This document shows positions 1-11,971 of a stretch of DNA of 64,000 nt, piece after piece. Each line of letters begins with the position of its first letter. Positions within the stretch are counted from its first letter, which is position 1. Position numbers and translations under genes: made by a program. The DNA is from Eledone cirrhosa (lineage: Eukaryota): contig OZ024742.1 of assembly GCA_964016885.1 (NCBI GenBank), forward strand, positions 252,836,001-252,900,000, given 5' to 3'. Below the pieces are notes generated by a model. It saw nothing but the letters and a program-made list of their open reading frames with translations. It was not told the origin of the DNA and searched no databases.

Positions 1-79
1 GCCGCCGCCATCTTGTCCTCTCAGTTGTTTAATGCTCAGGGAAACTGTGAGACAGACTTAAGACTTTTTCTTTAACTTA

Positions 80-256
80 GATGGTGATGCTGATGCTGAT
101 GATGGTGATGATGATGATGATGACGAAGACGACGACGATGATGATGATGACAACGATGATGATGACAACGATGATGATGGTGATGATGACGAAGATGACG
201 ACGATGATGATGATGACGATGATGATGATCATGACAATGATGATGATGATAATAAT
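80..256. repeat. (GAT/GAC)n trinucleotide microsatellite
   Basis: Imperfect gatgatgat/gacgac run. Confidence 0.95.
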
Positions 257-408
257 GTTTGTAGCAAGTTGTCTTGTAGAAATTCACAGGTGTCCTCTAT
301 ATCTCCTCATCATGTGACTCCCTATAACCTGTTTGCCAATACCTTCTTTTAGTTTATGATGATGATGATGATGATGTGTAGGGATTGCATGTGTGTGCTG
401 TTGAAGCA

Positions 409-829
409 GACAAGATTGACAAGATTGACAAGATTGACAAGATTGTCAAGATTGTCAAGATTGACAAGATTGTCAAGATTGTCAAGATTGACAAGATTGT
501 CAAGATTGACAAGATTGTCAAGATTGTCAAGATTGTCAAGATTGTCAAGATTGACAAGATTGTCAAGATTGTCAAGATTGTCAAGATTGACAAGATTGTC
601 AAGATTGTCAAGATTGCCAAGATTGACAAGATTGTCAAGATTGTCAAGATTGACAAGATTGTCAAGATTGACAAGATTGTCAAGATTGTCAAGATTGTCA
701 AGATTGACAAGATTGTCAAGATTGTCAAGATTGTCAAGATTGACAAGATTGTCAAGATTGTCAAGATTGTCAAGATTGTCAAGATTGTCAAAATTGTCAA
801 GATTGTCAAGATTGACAAGATTGACAAGA
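409..829. repeat. 9-bp minisatellite (G[A/T]CAAGATT), about 47 units
   Basis: Interspersed GACAAGATT and GTCAAGATT units with single GCCAAGATT and GTCAAAATT variants. Confidence 0.97.
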
Positions 830-946
830 ACACACTGGATGATGTTATAGAGATATCTTTGTTCATTGAGTCAGCATAGCTGTTTGGATATCTATATATT
901 TTCATAGCTACTCCATTCTTTGTATTTAGCAGACTTAACACTTCAA

Positions 947-2236
947 CACACACATAGATACACACACACATATACACACACATACATACACACACAAATA
1001 CACACACATACACGATCATGCATGCATACACATGCACGAACAGACACACACACAAACACACACACAAACACACATACACATACTCATATTCACACAAACT
1101 CATACACACACACACAAACACAAATACACACACAGACACACACATGCACAAAATCACGCACACACACACACACACATACATATGCATACACACAAACACA
1201 CATACTCATACACACACATACACACACATACACACAAATACACACACATACACACACATGCACGAACACACACACACACACATGCACGAACACACACACA
1301 CACACACACACGCATATACACAAATACACACACAGACACACACATGCACAAAAACACGCACACACACATACATACGCATACACACAAACACACATACTCA
1401 TACACACACATACACACACATACATACGCACAAATACACACACATACACACACATGCACGAACACACAAACACACACATGCATGAACACACATATACACA
1501 TACATACTCATACACACAAACATACAAACACACACATACACATGAATACACATACATACATACACATACACACACTCATACACACACACATACAAACACA
1601 CGCATACACACAAACACAAGCACTTATAAATTTACACATGCATACACACACATTCACAAACATACACATGCATGAACGCACATACATACATAAACATAAA
1701 CACACATGCACAAACATACACATACATACATACACATACACACAAACACACATACTCATACACACACACATACAAACGCCCGCATACATACAAACATATA
1801 AATACATACACACAAACACAAACACTCATAAATATACTCATGCATACACACACATGCACAAACACACACTCACAAACACACACACACATGAACACACATA
1901 TACACACAAACAAAAGCATACACATACATACACACATATACACAAACACACACTCACAAATACACACACACATGAACACACATACACACACACAGAAAGA
2001 CATACACAGACACACACATACACACAAACACACACATACACACACATGCACAAACACACACTCACAATAACGCACACACACATGAACACACATACACGCA
2101 CACAGACAGACATACACATACACACCTACACACACACACATGTACATACACACGAACACACATCGACACACGCATACACACATACACACACACACAGACA
2201 TACACACACATGCACACGCACACATACACACACACT
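947..2236. repeat. Compound (CA)n/(CATA)n microsatellite tract with internal sub-duplications
   Basis: About 1.3 kb of CA-rich sequence; source of the poly-HT and poly-CV pseudo-ORFs. Confidence 0.95.
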
Positions 2237-2959
2237 AGATATGCATAAAAGGTCCTGATTGCTGTCAGAGTATGTTTACTCCAAAATAATTGCATAATAA
2301 TATCTTAATTTTCTTGTTTTTGTTTTTATGGAGTTTTTTGGGGTTTTTCTTATATCATTTGTATAAACTGGTTTGTTTCCTGTCAGCTGTCATGTTTGAC
2401 TGTAAAGTTAGCTATCTACACTATTTCTTGGGCATTCTCTTGTTTTCTTTTCCATATATATTAATTTCAATGTCAAATATACATATATTCAATATTATAG
2501 GAGTGACTGAAGAAATAAATCTACTATTATGACTTTGTATTATATATATATATATTTTTTTTTTTTTCTTGTCAGAAATGGTAAAACTAGAAAGTAGAAT
2601 AATAAATACATTTTCCTGAGGAACCAAAAGTGAAAAAAAAAAAAGGAAAAATAATAAAAGAAGCGAAAATCAACCAATGAGACATCTTGAACACTTTTTT
2701 TTTTATTGAGGTTGATAATGTTTGGGCCTGAAATACTTGCTTGTGCTGTTCAACTCTGAGAGTTTCTTACCACTGTTCCATATCTTTGATTTTTCTGTTT
2801 GAAGCTTCATTTTTTGTTTTATTTTAATTATCTTCATTAAAAAAATCATATTTAAATAAAAGTCAACTACTCACTCCCTATTGCATAATCCCAATGAGAT
2901 CCTTTCCCACTTCATCTTCACAAAACCTTTCTACTTCTTCCTGTTCAGAGCAATCCTAT

Positions 2960-3310
2960 ATTACAGGTTATATACCAAGCTGTCTAGACGAAAATATGAC
3001 TGAACTTGGATTTGTGGAGAAAGAACAAAGTTCTTTAACCCTTTAGCATTTGCATTACTCTATATTTACTATTGAATTTTCGCAGTAAAAGCTTTACCTT
3101 GAATAATTATCTCAAATAATATCGAATCTATGAGATTTTGATGTTATTTATTTTGAGAACAATACCTTAACGTCAGTATAAGTGGCCGCTTATGGATGTT
3201 TGGAACAGTAAGAGGTGAGAGGATTCTGGCCGGAGATGGCTGCTTTAGATGCTAAAGGGTTAATTCATAAGCTACATGGAACCTTCAAAATCTGTAAACA
3301 TTCTTACTAT
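2960..3310 (+). mobile_element. Decayed 3' fragment of an R4/Dong-like (RLE) LINE, interrupted by a MITE
   Basis: GYIPSCLDENMTELGFVEKEQ before the MITE and GTFKICKH after it resemble GYVSNCLCTNLEQLCFTETER...GTVKICKTF at 34530-34660. Confidence 0.55.
3039..3259. mobile_element. piggyBac-type MITE (family P1)
   Basis: TTAA|CCCTTTAGCAT ... ATGCTAAAGGG|TTAA: TIRs plus TTAA target duplication; three more copies in the window. Confidence 0.88.
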
Positions 3311-3506
3311 TCAAAAGAAGAATGCTTACACAGGAGATGATAACAATTTCCTTTTCATTTCAGCTTTGCCACCGGGAAGGTGGCCAGTCAAAAATTAACT
3401 CAAAATTAAGAGAAAGAGAGAACATACATCCATACATACATACAGTCATACATACATGCATACATTTATGCATACATACATACTACATACATACATATGC
3501 ACATAC

Positions 3507-3549
<43 letters not shown>

Positions 3550-3707
3550 ACTCAAGTTTCCTCTTTCTAAAGAAAGAAAAGCAAGCACATGCAGAAAACC
3601 AACTGCAAAAATGTAAAAGATAAAAATCAAAAACAAGCAAGTAAACAAAAAGAAAAAAAATATATAAGACCAACAACCAAAATGAAAGTCAATCAAAATG
3701 ACATCTA

Positions 3708-3799
3708 TAAATCAATAGCCAAATCAAATATTTGGGTCATTGATTATTGCATTGCAGCGTGGAGGTAACAGGACGTGTGAGTTGTCAGGGACTGTAATA
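3708..3799 (-). other. Putative (terminal) exon of a minus-strand spliced transcript
   Basis: Strong acceptor gtttctctttgcag|TATTACAGTCCC; unique sequence followed by a U-rich UTR-like region; left boundary arbitrary. Confidence 0.35.
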
Positions 3800-4392
3800 C
3801 TGCAAAGAGAAACACTGAGAAAATCCTAAGAACTATCAACAATATTAACGATTTAACATTCATTTCAAAATCATGAAAAAGTATGTGATATGATTAAAGG
3901 GGTGAGTTTGTGAGAGGGGATCATTGTGCCTACAATAAAGACTAGCCTGCCGATTCACTAAAGAGACAATTCATTGGAGACAAGATTCTTGTTAGTTGGG
4001 AGCAGGTGTTAATAAATAGGAATCAAGGAAAAGAAGAGAAAGAAAGAAAGAAAGACATTACTCCTTTCATTAAACACAGTTGGAGGACAAGTCGATTGTA
4101 TACTGATTCAATAACTGAATATCGAACCTTCATAGCTTCTCAATTGTGCTTAACTCTGTACTTGTTGTTGCTGTTTAGTGCCATGGCAATCCTGATCCAG
4201 CAGATATATGGTCAAAGGCATTCCAGCCATGACCACGCATGTCATTTTCCTACAGCTATCTAGGACTACATTATCCAATATATCCTTTATTTTAATAAGA
4301 TGAGGGTATGATTTGAGGGAAATTTCTCTGTTATTTTTAGCAGTTCAATTGACCACATAGAAGCTTCTTTTTATTGTTATGGTATAAGCTTG

Positions 4393-4612
4393 GTACTTCT
4401 TGATTGGGCAACTTTCCATGGAATAGTTCTTGTTAGTTTTGATGATGAGTGTTCCAGTTGTTTGATCAACAGAACTGCATTCAGCATGCCACAGTGTGTA
4501 ATTGAACATTCCACAGGCATGTATGCCCTTAATGTAATTCTCAGGGAGATTTGGCATCACACAGTGTGGGACAAAGCTTACCTTTAGAATTACAGGTACA
4601 GTCCATCTGAGA
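4393..4612 (-). mobile_element. tRNA-derived SINE (CORE-like family), 3' body fragment
   Basis: Reverse complement of the 3' part of copies at 5805 and 48630. Confidence 0.7.
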
Positions 4613-5641
4613 GGTTTCCAGACAATTTCCGTCTACCCAGTAACACACACAAGGCTTGGGAAAATCCAAGACTATGGTAAATGATATGTACCCATGATAC
4701 TGCTTCCACAAGACCTCTATGACATTTAAGAAATCAGTCAAATGATTTGGTACAATCCATAGATGCGTTGCTCTAGATATTCCATGACTCTAACTAGGCA
4801 AACGTCTAATATTAACCTTGATTGAGAAGACCTAAGATAAAAGTCATTCCTGTTGCAACCATCACATTTTTTAATGATATGTAGAACAATATCCAATATA
4901 TATTTTCTTTATCCAAGATGGTAGGATGTGACTAGTGGGTGATTTGGCTGTCATTTCTAGCAAAGTGAGAGACTGTGTAGAGCAGTCCTTTCTAAATTGA
5001 CGTGCTAAAATTCATTCCAGGGAGTAGTTGGAATGGTTTCAGGGTAAATGTTTGTAATTTACAAAATATGTGCAATTAATGAATTAGAATGTTTCTAAAA
5101 AAATAATAAATAAACTAAAAACGTATGTGTTACACACACATCACAATCTTCATTTTATTACCTGTCTCTCTCTTCAGTGGTGGTATAACTTTCCCATGCC
5201 ACTGCTTCTTGCTTATATCTGTATCTTCCTTAATTTACTCATGGCCACACACATACATATGTAGCAAAGTTATACAAAAAACAACAAAAACAAGGAAATA
5301 TGTCAGATGAATGAACAAAGCATCCGTCTTTCTCATCAGCCACTTCCCCTGGACAATGGAATTTCGTGCATAAGGTGGTGTTGCATTATATTGATCCCAG
5401 GTCATACAACAGCTTAGAATAAGCCACCACAAAGATGCATGTGAAACAACACAACAACATAGAGACAGGGTACACCAAGTAGCCTGATTGTGTTGTGTTA
5501 TGTCTATTCATAAACTTGTCTTATTTTTGCCACTTGTATTATAATAATATATCTTACTATACATATATATCCCTTTGAACTGAAAATAATCATTGTACCA
5601 ACTCAAATATACAGATTACCTCTGTCTGTTGGGCTGTTAAA

Positions 5642-5800
5642 GGTAGTGAATTGGCAGAGTTGGTAGAGGATCAAATAAAAGTGCCTTAGTATTTGTCCTG
5701 ACTCACTGTGCTCTGAGTCCAAATCCCACTGAAGTCAACTTTGCTTCTCATCCTTTTAAGATCGATAAATAAAGTACCAGTCAAATACTGAGGTTGATTT
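5642..5800 (+). mobile_element. tRNA-derived SINE, family M (Meta-domain-like centre)
   Basis: A-box tggcagagttgg, B-box-like gagtccaaatccc, then aactttgcttctcatcc...gataaataaagtaccag shared with more than 10 copies. Confidence 0.8.
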
Positions 5801-5805
5801 TTCAG

Positions 5806-6082
5806 TGAAGGCTCGTGGCTTAGTGGTTTGGGTATTTGACTCACAATCATAAAGCTGGAAGTTCAATTCCTGGTCATGTATTGTGTCTTTGAGCAAGATA
5901 CTTCATTTTGCATTGAGTTGTACCCGTAGTTTGATGGGTCAGCAGTGTTACTCACTGTCATGCTGAATCACCCAGAGAACTATATTGAGGGTGAATACGT
6001 CTGCTGAATGCTCAGCCACTTGCACATTAAGCAGGCTGTTCTATAGTACAAAAAACTAGAACACTCATCATTGAAACTGGTA
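5806..6082 (+). mobile_element. tRNA-derived SINE, family C (CORE-like centre)
   Basis: gtggcttagtggt A-box, gttcaattcc B-box, gtgtctttgagcaagatact central motif. Confidence 0.8.
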
Positions 6083-6554
6083 AAGGATCATCATAGGTGC
6101 TGTATATAGTTGTTCATGGTTTCATTTAACTGTGACCAAAGTTACTATAGTAACAGTGCAAGTTAAGTTACCAATGAAAGCTATCATGATCAGGAAGCAG
6201 AATGACAAATATTTTCTGTATGATTTTACATCTGTCAATGACAACCTTGGTGGCCCTGATTTTCATCTCTATGTTTTGCAACTTCATAATGTGCAATTCA
6301 AATTTAAAACCTGCAAGATTGCAGGAGCATTTAAAACACAAACACCTTGATGAGGTTTATTCAGCCAGATGACTTCAAACCTTGCTTAATGCAATTAAAA
6401 AGGAACCTTTTGACACCTTGGATTTCATCTGTCACTAAAATTAGTTCTACAATTCACATTTGAAAGAACATAGATTAATATTTAATAAAAAAATTTCTGT
6501 GTAAAAATAATAATTTTTTTGTAAAAAATTGTACTTTCGAAGTGAAGCACTGAG

Positions 6555-6863
6555 GAATTATGAAACTTAGAAAATATAAGAAGCTCAAATGCAGAAATAA
6601 TTGTAAATACAGCCGATTGCTAAAAATAATAGCTTAGAAAATTGTGTAAAAAAGTAGCCAGCTGAAGTCATTTAGCTCAATGGTTAGAGGAGTCAGTCAG
6701 TATCTGAAAGATATGGAGTTCAATTCTCCATAGCAGCTGGGCACCTTTTCCATCTATTGGGATATTTTACTTGATTTTCTGTCTATTATTTGTAACAATC
6801 AACTATGTTTACAATTATTTCTATATCTGAGTTTCTTACATCTTCTATTAGCTTCATAATTTC
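6555..6863. mobile_element. Fold-back element: ~80-bp inverted repeats flanking a tRNA-like core
   Basis: 6555-6632 is the imperfect reverse complement of 6783-6863; core 6661-6738 has tagctcaatggttagag and gagttcaattctc boxes. Confidence 0.7.
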
Positions 6864-6902
6864 TTTATTTATTATTTATTTACTTATGTGTAGAAATAAT
6901 AA

Positions 6903-7093
6903 TAATTGTTTCTACTTTTGGCACAAGGCCAGCAATTACCCAGTGTATTACTGGTACTTTATTTTATCGACCCCGTAAGGATGAAAGGCAAAGTTAACCT
7001 CGGCGGAATTTGAAATCAGAATGGCAAGGGCCGTAACTCTATACGTCAAAGCATGGCGTCCGACCCTCTACCGATACTGCCAATCTACCGCCC
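6903..7093 (-). mobile_element. SINE family M, full length, young
   Basis: Complete head to tail; flanked by a tgtagaaataataataat direct repeat (TSD-like). Confidence 0.9.
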
Positions 7094-7278
7094 TGTAGAA
7101 ATAATAATAATAAGCTTGTTTTATGTTGCTATGATACTCAGATTTGAATGTATATAACTTAACTGAACACAAAATATAAGTTGTCTTCATTCTTATTATC
7201 TTGTTGCTTTATTTTATAATAGATTTATATTGAAATTGAGAGGGGAGGAGGGATGGAGCATGAGGCAAGCAAGCTTAC

Positions 7279-7328
7279 CTCCTTTAATCCGAATTGCTAC
7301 AGAAATGGTGAAAGTTGCATAGTGCTCT
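7279..7328 (-). other. Putative 50-nt internal exon (only open frame: EHYATFTISVAIRIKG)
   Basis: ccctttgtcttccag|AGAG...GGAG|gtaagc, near-consensus acceptor and donor. Confidence 0.5.
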
Positions 7329-7599
7329 CTGGAAGACAAAGGGAATTAAGGAAAAGAAGAAGATATCTTCAGAGGAAATGATTAAAGTATTGTCTCTTAA
7401 AATAGAAAACTTGTGCATGGGCAAGAAGCAGCAAAGAAAATTCAAGCAAATTCTTTCTCCAAGGATACCATTGTGAATTAAGTTGGTGAAATGAGTGGTG
7501 ACAAACAAAATTAAATGATGGCCATGTTTTACCAGTGTTCAAATGGATGAATTGACTGATATCTCAAACATGAGCCAATTAGTTGTGTATACCAGATAC

Positions 7600-8008
7600 A
7601 TACATGATTGAATCATGAGATTCTATTTTCTAAACAAATAGCTTTGGAGTAACATTACTTGATAGAATGCGTAGCTCAGAGATCAGGGAGTCACTCCAGG
7701 TAGAGACATTACTTCTCTGAATTGATCAATCACAGCTCTGATACTACAGACATGTGGTCAGAATGTCTCAGGGAAGAATCACTGGACAGATTTTATGGGC
7801 AAAACCAACCAGCAGGAGACCCAGGGAGAGACCTTGAGTAAGATGACTGAATAACATCCATGAGCTTGGTTGGCTTCGCCTGGGGATCCAGCCGGATCAA
7901 TTGGAGACAGTTACTTCTGACAGAACCTTCTGGAAGGCATGCGTGAGGACTCTGCCATCATCATCTTCCCAGGAATAAGTTGTCAAAGAAGATGAAGAAG
8001 AGAAGAAT
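7600..8008 (+). mobile_element. Decayed RTE LINE 3' end, (GAA)n-tailed family
   Basis: FGVTLLDRMRSSEIRESLQVETLLL...RHVVRM; homologous to 54010-54500 and 50038-50237. Confidence 0.75.
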
Positions 8009-8217
8009 TGCTAAGCACTACTAAAATTGTTGATATTTTCTGTCTCCTTGACAATTCTATTTATCATGATGAACTGGTGTGAAACAATACATATACAGTT
8101 CAGCAAACTCTGACAAGAGTTTAAAAGGATTTAAAATTCTAGTAAGTTTGATATGCAACCTATGCTGCCAAGGATTTAGGGTTATCTTTTGAGTGTCAAT
8201 ACACAGCTATGTTTTAA

Positions 8218-8666
8218 CCCTTTCAATACCAAACCCCCTGAAACCACCTCTGGTTTCATGATACAGGACTGTTTATTTGAACTTGTTTATCATCATGTGT
8301 TTAACATCAATTTTCTTTGATTGCATGGGTTAGACAATTTGTCATATTATAAAGTGAGACAGGTCAGGTGGCCATATTTTGCTCATATGATCTGTTTATG
8401 GCTTGATTTTCTATGGCTGAATGTGCTTCCTAATGCCAACCACATTACAGCATGTACCAGGAGCTTTCTTTGTGGCACCACCTTATATCTATCTAAAAAC
8501 TTTCCATCGTAATTTTATGTAAATAATTTTGTTAAGTTGTGGTTCAAATATCAGATAAATAATGAGAAAACTGGTTATATTTCTAAATCCCTGCAAATTC
8601 TCGGTTATTGCAAAATGACTTGAAAATTACAAGCAACCTTTCATTAGTAATATGGTAACAAAAGGG
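8218..8666. mobile_element. piggyBac-type MITE (family P2) with a nested RTE 3'-UTR fragment (~8288-8482)
   Basis: TTAA|CCCTTTCAATACCA ... TGGTAACAAAAGGG|TTAA. Confidence 0.75.
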
Positions 8667-9012
8667 TTAAACTCATAAGCATTCCTTTCTACAGCTTCAA
8701 GCTATGTTGATATGTTAATATCACTATAATGGTTGTCAAATTAACATCAATATGTAAATTATTTGGTATATGACTATGATCTGTTTCTTCTTGGTCTCAC
8801 AGTGGGGGAGTTAAACATATCTTCATAAGAGCTATATCAAATCAAAAGTTACAGTAAGATTGTTATTTGTGCCATGCTGGGAAAAGTATGAAGTATATCT
8901 ACTAAGTTTCATTCCACATGTAAATGTTTAAATCATAAACTTACATGCACCCCCCCCCCCCCCTACACACACACACATGTATATATAAAAAAAAATATAT
9001 ATATATATATAT

Positions 9013-9500
9013 AATCAAGGTTTAGCAAATAAGAAAAAGTTTTAAAATAAATTTTTAAAAGTTTACTCTACCTGCTGTAATTACCCTTACCGTACGGTTT
9101 CGTGTCTCAAAATAAATGGATAGTCCATGCAGAAAATCCATTGAAAAGAAAGACTCTTGTCAGAGGGTTCTATTCACTCGGAGAATATAAAATTCCTGAG
9201 TTCAAATCACGAACTGGCGCTATTCAAAATTGTCTCCGTGATGAGAGTGTATGATAAAGAAGCAATTCCGTCTAGTGCCGTGTGCAAAGATAGAAGGCAG
9301 AGGCGGAAAGGTCAATCTACTACCACTAGAAATAGCAGCAGTTAAAACGACCAAAATGTTATCTCGACCAGGGGAGATTAATAATAATAAGGTATGTATC
9401 CCTACATGCAAAATACATATAGGAACACATGTATTATCCAACCGTATGCTAATGTCGTTCTATGGCAGGTTAATAAATTAACGAGCCAGAACATATATAA
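9013..9500 (-). mobile_element. Unclassified insert in (TA)n, possibly a Penelope-like terminus
   Basis: CpG-retaining block bounded by TA repeats; minus strand has a degenerate CTGACAA...GAAAC motif pair. Confidence 0.35.
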
Positions 9501-9859
9501 TCATAAATATATATATATATATATGAATGTATATATAGTGTATTTTGCAATACACTGTATGCTTAATTAAAAGCATTTTGAAGACCTTACGCTATTGTTT
9601 TAGAGTAGAGACAGTCTCACTTACTTTAAATTTTCAGCAATCAGGGGGAGATAAAGTTGACAGAGCTCTGTTTCGTACTATTTGGTACTTATCAAAGCTA
9701 AGTACTCCACCTGTCTGCTGAAAATCATGAATGTTTGATTCTTATAGAATTCTAGTAATAATCAGGAACTGATTATACAGAGTGGTTGCCGGTCAAGCAG
9801 AAATTGAAAATTAGAATTGGTGCTCTGAAATAACGATATATATATATATATGTACATAG

Positions 9860-10078
9860 TGAAGGCATGTGGCTGAGTGGTAAGAGAATTGGATTCACAA
9901 TCGTGAGGTTGTGAGTTCGATTCCTGGACCAGGCGATGTGTTATGTCCTTGAGCAAGACACTTTATTTCACGTTGCTCCTTCTACCTGGAGTTGCAACTG
10001 ATAGATAGTATTAGCAATTGGAAAGACCAACGGAAACATTGTTTCCTTGGTCCGATTTGATGAAAGTCGATCGTTCCT
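9860..10078 (+). mobile_element. SINE, family C head with a variant tail
   Basis: A/B boxes (gtggctgagtggt, gttcgattcc) plus tgtccttgagcaagacactttatttcac; bounded by TA repeats. Confidence 0.8.
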
Positions 10079-10108
10079 ATATATATGTATATATATATAT
10101 ATATATAT

Positions 10109-10449
10109 GGAGGCACATGGCTTAGTGGTTAGAGCATTGGCCTTGCAATCGAAAGGTTGTGAGTTCAATTCTCAGACCGGGTGATGTGTTGTTTCCTTGA
10201 GCAAGGCACTTTATTTCACATTGCTCCAGTTTACTCAGCTGTAGAAATGAGATGATAGGGACAGGGGCCCCTATCATTCCACTGCAAAGTAGTCGTGGAG
10301 GTGCCATGGCAAAAAAGCATCCACCACTCACTGTAAATGAGGTTGGTGTTAGGAAGGGCATCCAGCTGTAGAAATCAAGCCAGAATCAGTTCCCGTCCCA
10401 CCCTTGCAAGCAGGGAGAAGCGGACGTAAAATGAAATGATGATGATGAT
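10109..10449 (+). mobile_element. Chimeric SINE: tRNA head, CORE-like centre, RTE 3' tail with (GAT)n
   Basis: Tail ctcactgtaaatgaggttggtgttaggaagggcatccagctgtagaaatcaagccaga matches the RTE 3' UTR (reverse complement of ~20700-20760); (TA)n on both sides. Confidence 0.9.
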
Positions 10450-10512
10450 ATATATATATATATATGTGTATATATATATATGTGTATATATATATATGTG
10501 TGTATATATATA

Positions 10513-10557
<45 letters not shown>

Positions 10558-10669
10558 TCATCATCATCATCATCATCATTTTACGCCTGCTTTTCCCTGC
10601 TTGCATGGGTTATATATATATAGTAATAATAATTATAATAATAATTATATATATATAGTAGTAATAATA

Positions 10670-11052
10670 ATACAAAGACTCCTTCATTATGTTTATTGGT
10701 TGGTGACACGCGTTTCGCTACTGATCAGCTCAAGGTTTGATCTGTATCAATCTGACCCGACTCTGGAATCATGAAGGAGTAATGAAGGAGTAACCATTCG
10801 TCCTTGTATTATTATATTACACTTGCCATTCTGAGTTCAAATCCCGCCGAGGTTAACTTTGCCTTTCATCCTTTCGAGGTCGATAAAATAAAGTACCAGT
10901 AATGCACTGGGTAATTGCTGGCCTTGTGCCAAAAGTAGAAACAATTATTGTATTACACTCTGTCTAGCTCTACACCTCGATACAGACGTGAACCTAAACA
11001 CCGAGTGCTCACCTGGGTGAACCTACAGTAACTCCGCATTACTCTCCCTGGA
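10670..11052 (-). mobile_element. Penelope-like terminal fragment with nested 5'-truncated SINE M (10824-10943)
   Basis: Related to 61335-61470; GAAACGCGT motif on the minus strand; SINE flanked by attatt(a/g)tattacact TSD. Confidence 0.5.
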
Positions 11053-11120
11053 TATATATATATATATATATATATTTTTATAGATGCTAGTCCCATTAAC
11101 CTCTTATTATATATATATAT

Positions 11121-11488
11121 ATCATCATCATCACCATTTTACGTCTGTTCTTCCACGCTAGCATGGGTTAGACGGATTGTCCTGTTGTGGGCAGTGTCCG
11201 GTCGCCTGACCTTCTCTTGCTCATACGGGAACTGATTCTGGCTTGATTTCTACAGCTGGATGCCCTTCCTAACACCAACCTCATTTACAGTGAGTGCTGG
11301 GTGCTTTTTCCGTGGCGCCTACACGTCCACTTTACAGTGTGGGCTGGGTGCTTTTTTGCCGTGGTGCCTCCACGACTTTGCAGTGGAATGATAGGGACCC
11401 CAGTCCTATCATCTCGTTTCTACAGTTGAGTAAAATGGAGCAATGTGAAATAAAGTGTCTTGCTCAAGGAAACAACACATCACCCAAT
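11121..11488 (-). mobile_element. 5'-truncated chimeric SINE with an extended RTE 3' UTR
   Basis: 11121-11375 closely matches 20590-20840; 11376-11485 matches the SINE body of 10109; bounded by TA repeats. Confidence 0.85.
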
Positions 11489-11490
11489 GA

Positions 11491-11524
<34 letters not shown>

Positions 11525-11654
11525 CTGTAAAATCCCGACTGCAGCGCCAAGCAGTTTCAGCTTGTTTTTACATATCTCTAGACCCACTCTGCATCTCCCC
11601 ATACACATTGAGTACTCCCATGATTAGTGCTCTTCCTGGTCTCAGCACCGCAGA

Positions 11655-11742
<88 letters not shown>

Positions 11743-11931
11743 AGTATTTCCATAGAAAAGGTAAAGGAAAGAAGAGTGCTCTATGTATTGTACAGAGCTA
11801 TTTGATTACATAATAAACAACACAATATAATTATTTCATTACCAAACTAGATGATTCTTGTAAGAACCATCTAGTTTCTTGAAACTTTTGATAATGAAAT
11901 AATTATATTGTATTGTTTATTGTGTAATTAA

Positions 11932-11971
<40 letters not shown>

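Noticed and set aside
409-829. CRISPR-like array
   Set aside because: No spacers; simple tandem 9-mer in eukaryotic DNA.
920-2295. Long His/Thr- and Cys/Val-rich ORFs
   Set aside because: Translations of (CA)n/(TG)n repeats, open in many frames on both strands.
9625-9717. Selenocysteine readthrough at PDC-TGA
   Set aside because: No known selenoprotein context or SECIS element recognised.
9860-10190. Functional tRNA genes
   Set aside because: A/B boxes continue into SINE bodies; no intact acceptor stems.
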